Origin: Minisyncoccota bacterium
Lineage (GTDB): Bacteria > Patescibacteriota > Patescibacteriia > SG8-24 > DYFX01
DNA: 64,000 bases
Assembly (NCBI GenBank): GCA_052034355.1
Contig: JBPOIQ010000002.1
Coordinates: 1,555 to 65,554, forward strand
Direction: 5' to 3'
Shown: piece by piece, positions 16,860-25,802 of the stretch
Position numbering within the stretch: the stretch's first letter is position 1
How the letters are laid out: each line of letters begins with the position of its first letter
Translations under genes and position numbers: made by a program
Notes under the pieces: generated by a model
The model's database searches: none
Seen by the model: only the letters and a program-made list of their open reading frames with translations
Told to the model about the DNA's origin: nothing

Positions 16860-18197
16860 ATGGATCGTCATTTTCGCAAAGCTTGGGTCGTGACCGCGGA
16901 CATGGGGTACGGACACGAGCGCGCTTCACACGCGCTGACCGATTTGGCGTACGGGGATCCGATCGTTTCAAATAATTATCCCGGTATCCCTGAGCGCGAC
17001 AAAAAGATGTGGCGCGCGACGCGCTTGCTCTACGAAGCTTTCTCGCGATTCAAATCGGTGCCGATCCTGGGCGAGATCGCTTGGAGCGTTTTCGACAACA
17101 TGCAGGAGATCGAACCGTTTTATCCGCGGCGCGACTTGTCGAAGCCGAGCTTGCAGGTGCTCCAGCAGTATTATCTGATTGAAAAGAAAGGGTTGGGATC
17201 CGACCTTATCGCGACTTTGCGCAAGAAGCGCAACCTCCCGCTCGTTTGTACGTTCCCGCTGCCGGCCTTTGCTGCCGACTATTTCGATTATCCCGAAGAT
17301 ATCTATCTCGTGACGACGGACGCCGACATCAATCGCGCCTGGGTCGCGAAAGATCCCAAGCGCAGCCGCGTGAAATATTTCGCTTCGAACGGTCGCGTTG
17401 TTGAACGCTTAAAGCTGTACGGCGTCCCGTCTGACCGCATTTTCCTGACAGGTTTTCCGTTGTCGAAAGACTTGATCGGAGGACCTTCGGCAGAAACCAT
17501 CAGGAAGGATTTGGGCGAGCGGCTGTGCCATCTCGATCCGAACGGGATTTTCCTGGCAAAGTACGAGGAGACGCTACGTTCGACGATCGGCGCCGGAAAT
17601 TGCCGGATGACGCCGACGCATCCGCTCACGCTTACGTTCAGCGTCGGCGGCGCGGGCGCGCAACGCGAACTCGGTCTTGAAATCGCGGAAAGCCTTCGTG
17701 AAAAAATCCGCCGAGGCAAAATCGTCCTCAACCTGGTTGCCGGCACGAAAAAGGACGTCGCGTTGTATTTCAAGAAGAGACTGGTTGAAATCGGTTTGGG
17801 TAGCGACCTCGGAGAAGGGGTGCGCGTGCAGTACTATGCTGACCGCGCTTCGTACTTTCGGAAATTCGATCAACTGTGCCGGCATTCCGATATCTTGTGG
17901 ACCAAGCCGAGCGAGTTGTCGTTTTACACGGGTGTCGGCCTTCCGATCATTGTCGCGCCCCCGATCGGTTCGCAGGAAGTGTATAACGAGCATTGGCTTC
18001 GCACCGTCGGCGGCGGTACGCCGCAGGGGGATCCGAAGTACACCAACGAATGGCTGTTCGACTGGGTCGAATCCGGCGGTTTGGCGCGTATGGCCTGGAA
18101 CGGCTTCATTGAAGCCCCGACGCACGGCGCTTATCGTATCGAAGAAATCATCACGGGCATGGAAGTCGAACTTCCTCAGCTACCGTTGATCATCTAG
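16860..18197 (+). CDS. UgtP/MGDG-synthase-like glycosyltransferase (GT28 superfamily)
   Basis: N-terminal WVVTADMGYGHERASHAL resembles UgtP ILTANYGNGHVQVAKTL. Later YLVTTDADINRAWVAKDPKRSRVKYFASNG and TGFPLSKDL resemble UgtP [25 protein letters not shown] and TGIPIRPQF. Confidence 0.55.
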   Translation: MDRHFRKAWVVTADMGYGHERASHALTDLAYGDPIVSNNYPGIPERDKKMWRATRLLYEAFSRFKSVPILGEIAWSVFDNMQEIEPFYPRRDLSKPSLQVLQQYYLIEKKGLGSDLIATLRKKRNLPLVCTFPLPAFAADYFDYPEDIYLVTTDADINRAWVAKDPKRSRVKYFASNGRVVERLKLYGVPSDRIFLTGFPLSKDLIGGPSAETIRKDLGERLCHLDPNGIFLAKYEETLRSTIGAGNCRMTPTHPLTLTFSVGGAGAQRELGLEIAESLREKIRRGKIVLNLVAGTKKDVALYFKKRLVEIGLGSDLGEGVRVQYYADRASYFRKFDQLCRHSDILWTKPSELSFYTGVGLPIIVAPPIGSQEVYNEHWLRTVGGGTPQGDPKYTNEWLFDWVESGGLARMAWNGFIEAPTHGAYRIEEIITGMEVELPQLPLII

Positions 18198-18198
18198 C

Positions 18199-19185
18199 AT
18201 GCGAGGTTCGCACGGACGCGTGATCGCCATGCTTCTGATCGGTGTCGCTACGACGGCGTCGCTGTTCTTGTGGTATCGGTCTGCGGCGCCTCGAAAGCAG
18301 GCGGTCGCCTATGGCGTCACTTTCTCGACCTCCTATGCGAAGGAGCTTGGGTTGGATTGGAAGCAGGCGTTTATTGCGACACTCGACGATCTTGGCGTCA
18401 GGCATTTCCGCATCCCTGTCTATTGGAACGCCGTTGAAAAGGAGCAAGGTGCGAGAGACTGGTCGGAAGTCGATTGGATGCTTGAAGAGGCCGAGAAACG
18501 CGGTGCAAGCGTGATTCTGGCGGTGGGTCGGAAAACGCCTCGTTGGCCGGAGTGCCACGTGCCGGAGTGGGCGATGGCGCTTTCGCCCGAAAAGCAAAAC
18601 GAACGCGTGCTTGAATTTTTGGCTGCGGAAATCGAGCATTTTAAAGACGCTCCGGCTGTGAAGCGATGGCAAGTCGAAAACGAACCGATGTTTCGGTTCG
18701 GAAAATGCCCGCCTCCCGACCGTGAAATGCTGAAGAGGGAAATCGCGCTCGTACGCGAGCTGGACACGCGGCCTGTCATGGTGACCGACAGCGGCGAGTT
18801 GTCGAGCTGGCTCCGTGTGGGGCCCTTGGCCGACGTGCTCGGCATCAGTATGTATCGACTCGTGTGGAACTCGACCGTGGGAACGTTGTACTGGCCGGTT
18901 GCGCCGACGTTTTATAAAGATCGGATTCGGTTTCTGAAACCCGTGCTGCGTGACGTCGTTGTGAGCGAATTGCAGGCTGAGCCTTGGTTCCACAAGGCGG
19001 TGGCCGAGACGCCGCTTGAAGAGCAGTTCGAGCAGATGAACCCGGTAAAGCTCAGGTCGAACATACGCTTCGCGGCAGCTTCCGGTGCATCAGAGGTGTA
19101 TCTGTGGGGCGTCGAATGGTGGTATTGGGCCTCGCGTCAGGGTCGTCCGGAACTGTGGGAAGCGGCAAAACCTTTTTATCAATAA
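18199..19185 (+). CDS. membrane-anchored glycoside-hydrolase-like protein (TIM-barrel, GH5-like NEP motif)
   Basis: N-terminal TM helix and a conserved RWQVENEP segment typical of GH clan A acid/base. Assignment is tentative. Confidence 0.4.
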   Translation: MRGSHGRVIAMLLIGVATTASLFLWYRSAAPRKQAVAYGVTFSTSYAKELGLDWKQAFIATLDDLGVRHFRIPVYWNAVEKEQGARDWSEVDWMLEEAEKRGASVILAVGRKTPRWPECHVPEWAMALSPEKQNERVLEFLAAEIEHFKDAPAVKRWQVENEPMFRFGKCPPPDREMLKREIALVRELDTRPVMVTDSGELSSWLRVGPLADVLGISMYRLVWNSTVGTLYWPVAPTFYKDRIRFLKPVLRDVVVSELQAEPWFHKAVAETPLEEQFEQMNPVKLRSNIRFAAASGASEVYLWGVEWWYWASRQGRPELWEAAKPFYQ

Positions 19186-19192
19186 CGCCACT

Positions 19193-20332
19193 ATGAAAGA
19201 AGGCGCGACCGTTTCGCGGGTGCTTGAGGGCGTGAATATCCTGCCTGAGCTTTTGGATGCCACGCCAAACGCCTGCCTTTTCATCTTGGAAGACGGGACG
19301 ATCGAATTTGCGAGCCGTGCGTTCGGGGAGCTCTTCGGCATTGAACCCTCGGCGATCGTCGGTCGCACGTTGAAAGATGTCGAACAGGAGTGGTCCGGAA
19401 AATTTGCCGATATTCTGTCGTATCACGAAACGGTGACACATCCGTTCGAAGATCGGGAGACGCGTTTTTTGCGCGATGTCGAAATCTCTTCCCCGGAACG
19501 GGCGTTTCTTGAGATGAAAAGCAGTCCGGTGCGCAAGGAGGGCTCCTATCTTGGCCGTTTGTGGGTCATTCGCGATATTACGAATGAACGGGAAATCACG
19601 CAGCTCAAAATCCGCTACGGCGGCCAGCGCAACGCCGACGAACTGAAGTCGAAGTTCATGACAGTCGTTTCGCATCAGCTGCGCACGCCGATGAACGTCA
19701 TGCGGTGGAATTTGGACGTGCTGCTCTCCGGCGACGCCGGCGAGATTCCGAAAGAGGCTGCCGATCTGCTGCGCGACGCCTACAAGAGCCTGATCGTCAG
19801 CTTGTCGATCATCGACGACATGCTTCTCGCGGTCGATATCGAGCAGCAGGCGTTCCGTCTGGAAAAAGTCTCGGTCGACGTTTCGGCGATTATCGGAAAA
19901 GTCGTACGCGATTTTTCACGCAGCGTCTCGTTGCGCAAACAGACGCTTGTATTCGATCCACCCAAGAACCTGACGCCGCTCTTCGTCGATCCGGCACGTA
20001 TAGAAAAGGTGTTTATTCGATTGCTCGATAATGCCGTCAAATATACGCCGGACGGCGGACGGATCGCGATCGAAATCCATCCGACGAAAGACTCGCTGGA
20101 CATCGAGTTCCACGATTCGGGTATCGGTATGTCGGATGCCGACCGTGAACGGTTGTTCGAGCGGTTTTATCGCTCCAAACGCGCTATTGAAATGAATCCG
20201 AATGCTTCCGGTCTTGGGCTCTTCATCGCCAAGTTTATCGTCGCGGCTCATGAAGGGCAGCTCCGGTACCGTCCGGCAGACGGCGGCGGTTCCGTTTTTA
20301 CGGTCTCTTTGCCGCGACGCGCTTCTTCGTGA
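19193..20332 (+). CDS. PAS-domain sensor histidine kinase
   Basis: ATG 19193 directly after the previous stop. H-box VSHQLRTPMN, N/G boxes (RLLDNAVKYT, DSGIGM), GLGLFIAKFIVAAHEGQL. The N-terminal ~150 aa are PAS-like. Confidence 0.85.
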   Translation: MKEGATVSRVLEGVNILPELLDATPNACLFILEDGTIEFASRAFGELFGIEPSAIVGRTLKDVEQEWSGKFADILSYHETVTHPFEDRETRFLRDVEISSPERAFLEMKSSPVRKEGSYLGRLWVIRDITNEREITQLKIRYGGQRNADELKSKFMTVVSHQLRTPMNVMRWNLDVLLSGDAGEIPKEAADLLRDAYKSLIVSLSIIDDMLLAVDIEQQAFRLEKVSVDVSAIIGKVVRDFSRSVSLRKQTLVFDPPKNLTPLFVDPARIEKVFIRLLDNAVKYTPDGGRIAIEIHPTKDSLDIEFHDSGIGMSDADRERLFERFYRSKRAIEMNPNASGLGLFIAKFIVAAHEGQLRYRPADGGGSVFTVSLPRRASS

Positions 20333-20392
20333 TGCCGCTTGTTTCGGGATCGTGTTTCGGGTATGATGCCCGCATAAGTCTTGCGTTTTCCC

Positions 20393-20767
20393 ATGGCTAA
20401 AACCGTATTGATCGTCGAGGATGAACCGAGCATGCAGCGAGCGCTCAAAAGCAAGCTCGAGCATGGCGGTTACGACGTGAAAGCCGCTGCCGACGGCGAG
20501 GAAGCAGTGACGATTTTGAAGACGGTGGTGCCGGAGCTGGTGCTGCTCGATCTCATCATGCCGAAAATCGACGGCATTTCCGTCCTGCGTCAGATGAAGG
20601 CGGATGATCGGCTTCGTTCCGTGCCCGTCATCATTCTCACGAACCTCAGCTCAGGCGATAAGGTCGCCGAAGCGATGGCACTCGGCACATTCGACTTCCT
20701 CGTGAAGGCGAACTACTCCCTGGACGACGTCCTTAGAAAAGTCACGGAACGGATCGGAGCACCGTAA
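20393..20767 (+). CDS. single-domain response regulator (CheY-like REC)
   Basis: MAKTVLIVEDEPSMQ..., phospho-acceptor LVLLDLIMPKIDG, T/K positions (ILTNLS, FLVKA). No output domain. Confidence 0.8.
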   Translation: MAKTVLIVEDEPSMQRALKSKLEHGGYDVKAAADGEEAVTILKTVVPELVLLDLIMPKIDGISVLRQMKADDRLRSVPVIILTNLSSGDKVAEAMALGTFDFLVKANYSLDDVLRKVTERIGAP

Positions 20768-20799
20768 GCCCTTGACCGGGCGCGCGGGAAGGAGGACCT

Positions 20800-21930
20800 G
20801 TGCCGATACCACATCACATTTTGAAAGAACCCAAGATCGATGAAGCTGTCGATCTTCTTTTGCGCGACGCGGCGACCTCCGACGTTACGGAGATTTTCTT
20901 GTTGCCGACGGCGAAGGATGCGGTCGTGCGCGTGCGACGCGACGGCATGGTGCACGAATGGTTTCATCAATCGAAAGAATCGCATGCGCGATTCGTTCGT
21001 CATTTGAAAACGCTGGCGCGATTGCGCGACGACGTCGAGTATACCTGCCAGGAACACGCTTTGCGCCGCGTTGTGGGCAACATTGAAATCGAGGGCCAGC
21101 TCGCGGTCGTTCCTGTGCTTGAGGGGGAGAAGGCCGTTCTGCGGCTTCATTCGCAGCGTCCGGGATTGGCCGAACTCGGCCTCTCGACCGCACAGCGTGC
21201 CCAGATCGAACGTTGTTTGAAAAAACCTTCTGGACTGCTCGTGCTTGCCGGACCGCGTCGCTCTGGCCGTACGACGACGCTCTATGCGCTTTTGGAGAGC
21301 GCGCATGCTTTGGGGAGGCAGGTTTCGCTCATCGAGTCCGTCTCGGAAGCCGAACTGCACGGCATCGATCAGGAGACGACGGATCCGGTTTCCGGAAGAA
21401 CGACGTCGGCGCTCTTGCGCGCGGCAATTGCGCGCGGGGCGGACGTACTTGGTCTTGGGGCTGTGCGCGACGAATCGACCGCCGCACTTGCCGTCTCCGC
21501 CGCCGAGCATCGTCTCGTGATTGTCGTTGTCGAAGGTGGGACACTCACGAAGGCTTTGAACAGGCTGTTGGAATTGCGGATCGAACCTCGCGCTTTGGCG
21601 CGCGTCTTGTCGGGAGTGCTTTTGCAGCGCCTTGCGCGGCGCGTTTGTGCTGAGTGTCGCAAACACGTCACGCTCTCCGTCGAGGAGGCTTCGCGCGCTT
21701 GGCCGCGAGCGCTGGTGCAGCGCGTGTTCGGAAAGAATCGCTCGCAGACATTCGTGCGCGGGGCGAAGTGCGCCGCTTGCCGATACACCGGCGATCGAGG
21801 GCAAGTCGGCTTGTTTGAATGGAGGAATTTGCTCGTGCCGGAACGACATCCGGCGACGTTGGTCGACGACGGAGTCAGGAAAGCGCTTTCCGGAGAGATC
21901 GCTCCGGAGGAAATTTTGCGCCTGTCGTAA
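20800..21930 (+). CDS. GspE/PilB-family secretion-ATPase homologue with degenerate catalytic motifs
   Basis: Walker A position reads GPRRSGRTTTLYA (canonical GPTGSGKTTT; Lys replaced by Arg). Asp-box and His-box positions are diverged. The Walker B region GAVRDES and the C-terminal tetracysteine CAEC...CAACRYTGDRGQVGLFE are retained. Confidence 0.7.
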   Translation: MPIPHHILKEPKIDEAVDLLLRDAATSDVTEIFLLPTAKDAVVRVRRDGMVHEWFHQSKESHARFVRHLKTLARLRDDVEYTCQEHALRRVVGNIEIEGQLAVVPVLEGEKAVLRLHSQRPGLAELGLSTAQRAQIERCLKKPSGLLVLAGPRRSGRTTTLYALLESAHALGRQVSLIESVSEAELHGIDQETTDPVSGRTTSALLRAAIARGADVLGLGAVRDESTAALAVSAAEHRLVIVVVEGGTLTKALNRLLELRIEPRALARVLSGVLLQRLARRVCAECRKHVTLSVEEASRAWPRALVQRVFGKNRSQTFVRGAKCAACRYTGDRGQVGLFEWRNLLVPERHPATLVDDGVRKALSGEIAPEEILRLS

Positions 21931-22198
21931 GATCGTTTTCGGCGACCGAAGAATGGCGACAGGGTGCGTTCTTGACGGGCGCGGAAGGGTGTGCTATACA
22001 GGCGTTGATCTGGGCGCCTGTCCCAGGGGTTCCGCGCCACGCCTCCTCACGTGGTGGCAGGATGTACCGACGCGTCGAGACTCGAGGCCGTCGGTTGTGA
22101 GCCGACACGCCGCCATGAATACCGGATTCACGGCGGTTTTTTATTTGCTATACTGTGCCCATCTTCTGAGTATTATCCACACCGGCTGGCCGTACCGT

Positions 22199-22777
22199 AT
22201 GTCCAAAGAAGTCGTCCTCGACATTGAAACGCAAAACAGCTTTGCCGACGTCGGCGGAGCGAACCATGACAAGCTCAAAATTTCGCTGATTGGCGTCTAT
22301 TATTACGAAACCGACGAATACGTCAGTTATCTCGAGCATGAATTGCCGAATCTTTGGCCGCGCCTCGAACACGCCGAACGGATCATCGGGTACAACACCA
22401 AAGGATTCGACTATTTGGTGATGAACGCCTACTACGCGGGCGACGTTTCGGTATTTCCAAGCCTCGACATTCTTGAAGAAATCGCCAAGGCACTCGGTTT
22501 CCGCGTGAAACTTGACGATGTCGCTTCGGCGACGCTCGGGTACGGCAAGTCCGGACACGGTCTTCAAGCGATTGAATTTTTCCGCAAAGGCGAACTCGAC
22601 AAGCTGCGCGACTACTGCTTGATGGACGTCAAAGTCACCAAGGAAGTCTACGAGTACGGCAAGGCGCACGGCGAGGTGTTTTACTTCGACCGCGCCGGCG
22701 TGAAGCGCGCCGTCAAGGTAAATCTCGGCATGCCCAGCGCGAAACCGAATCCGATCAACCTGACGATGCCGTTTTGA
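22199..22777 (+). CDS. DEDDy-type 3'-5' exonuclease (DnaQ/RNase-D-like fold)
   Basis: ATG 22199 (internal to ORF-track 21632..22777). Exo I VLDIETQ, Exo II GYNTKGFDYLV, Exo III YCLMDVKVTKEVY. Confidence 0.55.
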   Translation: MSKEVVLDIETQNSFADVGGANHDKLKISLIGVYYYETDEYVSYLEHELPNLWPRLEHAERIIGYNTKGFDYLVMNAYYAGDVSVFPSLDILEEIAKALGFRVKLDDVASATLGYGKSGHGLQAIEFFRKGELDKLRDYCLMDVKVTKEVYEYGKAHGEVFYFDRAGVKRAVKVNLGMPSAKPNPINLTMPF

Positions 22778-22793
22778 GACGTCGCACGGAGAA

Positions 22794-22819
22794 ATAAAAA
22801 ACTGACCGCAAGCGGTCAG
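22794..22819 (-). terminator. intrinsic terminator for the minus-strand small membrane protein gene
   Basis: CTGACCGC-aa-GCGGTCAG hairpin with the A-run on the plus side, which gives a U-run on the minus strand. Confidence 0.6.
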
Positions 22820-23061
22820 AAGAAGAACGATCCGACAGTGTCGTAGAGGAGCCAGCCCAGGATCAGGGCCGCGATGTAGAGCCCGTAGAGCATGATCGCC
22901 GCACCAGCGATGCGCGCGTACAGCGGCCTCGGGGTGACCATCGTGAGGAAGCCTGCGGCAGCGATGGCGAATGCTCCGATCAGGAGGTGCCCGCTGCGGA
23001 AGGCGAGATAGCCCAGAATCCCCAAGGCGTAGATGGCGATTTTCAACGTTTTTTCGGACAC
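22816..23061 (-). CDS. small membrane protein (81 aa, three predicted helices)
   Basis: Hydrophobic ORF with its own terminator. Not antisense to a better gene over most of its length. Confidence 0.45.
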   Translation of the reverse strand: MSEKTLKIAIYALGILGYLAFRSGHLLIGAFAIAAAGFLTMVTPRPLYARIAGAAIMLYGLYIAALILGWLLYDTVGSFFF

Positions 23062-23203
23062 GACGGCCTCCTTTTGGCGATGTCGCCAGCGTAGGCGAAG
23101 AAGAGGGGAACGTCAATATGGGGGTCTTGATACGTCGGTCGCGACCGACGTATCTTGCCAAAACCGCCCGGGGCATGTAGGATGGCCACGTTCACCAGCC
23201 CGT

Positions 23204-23278
23204 CGGAATGTAGCTCAGCGGTAGAGCGCTCGCTTCGGGTGCGAGAGGCCGCAGGTTCAATCCCTGTCATTCCGACCA
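23204..23278 (+). tRNA. tRNA-Pro (anticodon CGG)
   Basis: Acceptor CGGAATG/CATTCCG, D-arm GCTC-AGCGGTA-GAGC, anticodon stem CTCGC/GCGAG with loop TTCGGGT, T-loop TTCAATC, CCA encoded. Confidence 0.85.
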
Positions 23279-23362
23279 TGGAAAACACTCGGTTACGCCG
23301 GGTGTTTTTCGTACACCACGGTTTCTTGACCCGTTCGCCACGCGTTCGTGTAGAATGCCACC

Positions 23363-24628
23363 ATGGATCTCTTCGACCTCAAAACTGAAAAAACCAAGGA
23401 ATCCCAGACGCCGCTCGCGGAACTTATGCGCCCGCGGATGCTCGACGACCTTGTCGGGCAAGAGGAGCTGGTCGGCGAGGGGTCGTCGTTACGCACGCTT
23501 TTGGAGTTGGATGCGGTCCCTTCGATGATTTTTTGGGGGCCGCCCGGAGTCGGCAAGACGACGCTTGCGAGAATCATCGCCGGCATGACCAAGTCGCGCT
23601 TCGTTTCGCTTTCGGCTACCAGTTCCGGCATTGCCGACTTGAAGCGCGCGGTTGAAGAGGCACGCGAACGCCGGGTGCTTCATGGCGACAAGACGATCGT
23701 CTTCGTCGACGAAATTCATCGCTGGAACAAGGCGCAGCAAGACGCGTTCCTGCCGCACGTCGAGGACGGCACGGTTACCCTGATCGGCGCCACGACGGAG
23801 AATCCTTCGATCGAAGTCAACAGCGCTTTGTTGTCGCGTTCGCGCGTGTTCGTACTCAAGGCGCTGACGGTTGAAGCGATCGAGGCGGTGCTTGATCGCG
23901 CGCTCGCGCTCGTGCAGGAACGAGGTGTGTATCCCTACAAAATTAAGCTCGACAAGGAGGCGGTGAAATACCTGGCGAGGATCGCGAATGGCGACGCGCG
24001 CTCGGCCTTGAACGGCCTGGAACTCGGACTACGCAGCGTTCGGCCGGACGCGAAAAACGTGGTATTCTTGAAGAAGGAAGCGCTGGCCAAAACGCTTCAA
24101 AAAAACCATCTCCTGTACGATCGCCAGGGCGAAGAGCACTACAACATCATCTCGGCGCTGCATAAGTCGATGCGCGGTTCCGATGCCGATGCCGCGCTCT
24201 ACTGGCTCGGCCGCATGCTCGAAGCGGGAGAGGATCCTCTGTATGTCGCACGTCGCATTGTGCGGTTCTCTTCGGAAGATATCGGACTCGCCGATCCGCA
24301 AGCGCTCGTGCAGTGCGTGGCCGCGTACCAGGCATGTCACCAGCTCGGAATGCCGGAGTGCAACGTGATCTTGGCGCAGGCCGTGGCATATTGCGCCCGC
24401 GCGCCGAAATCGAACGCGCTGTATGTCGGATATCAAAAAGTCCAGTCCGACATCCGCGAGTTTCCGAACGAGGGCGTGCCGCTCCATTTGCGGAACGCGC
24501 CGACCGCGCTCATGAAAAACGTCGGGTACGGTAAAGGCTATAAATACAATCCAGATTTCAAGGAGCCGGTCGAACAAGAGTATTTGCCGGCCGCATTGAA
24601 AGGAAGGAAGTATCTCGAAGATGTCTAA
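23363..24628 (+). CDS. rarA: replication-associated recombination protein A (AAA+ ATPase)
   Basis: FWGPPGVGKTTLARIIA Walker A, VFVDEIHRWNK Walker B/sensor, and the MgsA C-terminal helical domain. Confidence 0.85.
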   Translation: MDLFDLKTEKTKESQTPLAELMRPRMLDDLVGQEELVGEGSSLRTLLELDAVPSMIFWGPPGVGKTTLARIIAGMTKSRFVSLSATSSGIADLKRAVEEARERRVLHGDKTIVFVDEIHRWNKAQQDAFLPHVEDGTVTLIGATTENPSIEVNSALLSRSRVFVLKALTVEAIEAVLDRALALVQERGVYPYKIKLDKEAVKYLARIANGDARSALNGLELGLRSVRPDAKNVVFLKKEALAKTLQKNHLLYDRQGEEHYNIISALHKSMRGSDADAALYWLGRMLEAGEDPLYVARRIVRFSSEDIGLADPQALVQCVAAYQACHQLGMPECNVILAQAVAYCARAPKSNALYVGYQKVQSDIREFPNEGVPLHLRNAPTALMKNVGYGKGYKYNPDFKEPVEQEYLPAALKGRKYLEDV

Positions 24629-25802
24629 ACGCGCCATTATTCTCGGAGCGTTCGCGCTGGTCGCTGTCGCGACGGCTTTCTCTTTTTTGCGCGAACCCGA
24701 TCCGCAAGCCGTCCTTCGCCAGGCGGCGAAAAACGTGCTGGCGGAAAAATCGTTTCATCTCGACGTGCGCGGAACGATCGTCGGTTTGCCGAAAGGACTT
24801 GAGGGCGGCGTCGTAGCTGATGCGACGGGGGTCGACATGACCGCGAGTATGGATATCGATCGCACTGATCCGATGCGCCAAGCTTCGGTTTCGACCTTCG
24901 AATTGATGCAAGGCCTTTCGACGGGCGGTCAAGCCAAGCTTGCAGGTGAGGCGCGTCGCAAGAATGGCGTGCATTATCTGCGCCTCAGCGCGTTGGAAGG
25001 TGTTCAAGGTCTTGAAGCAAAGCGCATTGTCGGCACGTGGATGAAAGCTGGGCAGCCGTTTATCGACTTGTTGCTCGCTTCCGGCGCGCCGGAGCCGGAT
25101 ATGGATGCCTCCGAAGTAGAAGCGATGAAGCTTCGCGCGCGTTCGGTTGATCTGTTCACGGTCGTGAAAAAACTCCCGAACGAGACGGTTGCAGGCGCGA
25201 AATCGTTTCACTATGCGGTTGAGTTGAATATGGAGGTCGTTTCGGCGCTTCTTTTGAAGCGTCGGGAAATGCGGTTGGACCGGGAGATGACCTCCGAAGA
25301 CGTGCTGGCCGTCACGGAAGAGCTTCTGCAATGGAACCGGCCAGTTGGCGAAATTTGGGTTGATGCGCGCACGCGGAAGGTGAAACAGCTCACGCTGGGT
25401 ACCGCGCTTGGACAAGATGGTAAAGGAGGCGCTGCCGCCGCGACACTCACGTTTTCCAACGAGGGTAAACCCGTCACTATTCAGGTTCCGGAGGCGGAAG
25501 ACGTCGATAAGGTGCTCGGTCCGCTTTTTGAAAAACGCCTGAGCCTGTCTGGTTCGCGCGCCAAAACGCAAGGCTCCGCTGAAGCCGAGAAAGAAACCGC
25601 AACCGCTCTGCCCGTCCTTCCGGGGACGGCTGCACAAAATACCGACACCGACAACGATGGATTATCCGACGCGCAAGAAGCTTTTTACGGCGCTGATGCT
25701 TGGAATCCCGACACCGACGGCGACGGTTATATGGACGGTCTTGAGGTCGACAAAGGCATGAATCCGCTCGGTCCTGGGCCTTTGTTCGGATTCGGTCTAT
25801 GA
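24621..25802 (+). CDS. membrane-anchored hypothetical protein with C-terminal thrombospondin-type-3-like Ca-binding repeats
   Basis: N-terminal TM helix. C-terminus DTDNDGLSDAQEAFYGADAWNPDTDGDGYMDGLEVDKGMNP (DxDxDG repeats). Confidence 0.55.
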   Translation: MSKRAIILGAFALVAVATAFSFLREPDPQAVLRQAAKNVLAEKSFHLDVRGTIVGLPKGLEGGVVADATGVDMTASMDIDRTDPMRQASVSTFELMQGLSTGGQAKLAGEARRKNGVHYLRLSALEGVQGLEAKRIVGTWMKAGQPFIDLLLASGAPEPDMDASEVEAMKLRARSVDLFTVVKKLPNETVAGAKSFHYAVELNMEVVSALLLKRREMRLDREMTSEDVLAVTEELLQWNRPVGEIWVDARTRKVKQLTLGTALGQDGKGGAAAATLTFSNEGKPVTIQVPEAEDVDKVLGPLFEKRLSLSGSRAKTQGSAEAEKETATALPVLPGTAAQNTDTDNDGLSDAQEAFYGADAWNPDTDGDGYMDGLEVDKGMNPLGPGPLFGFGL

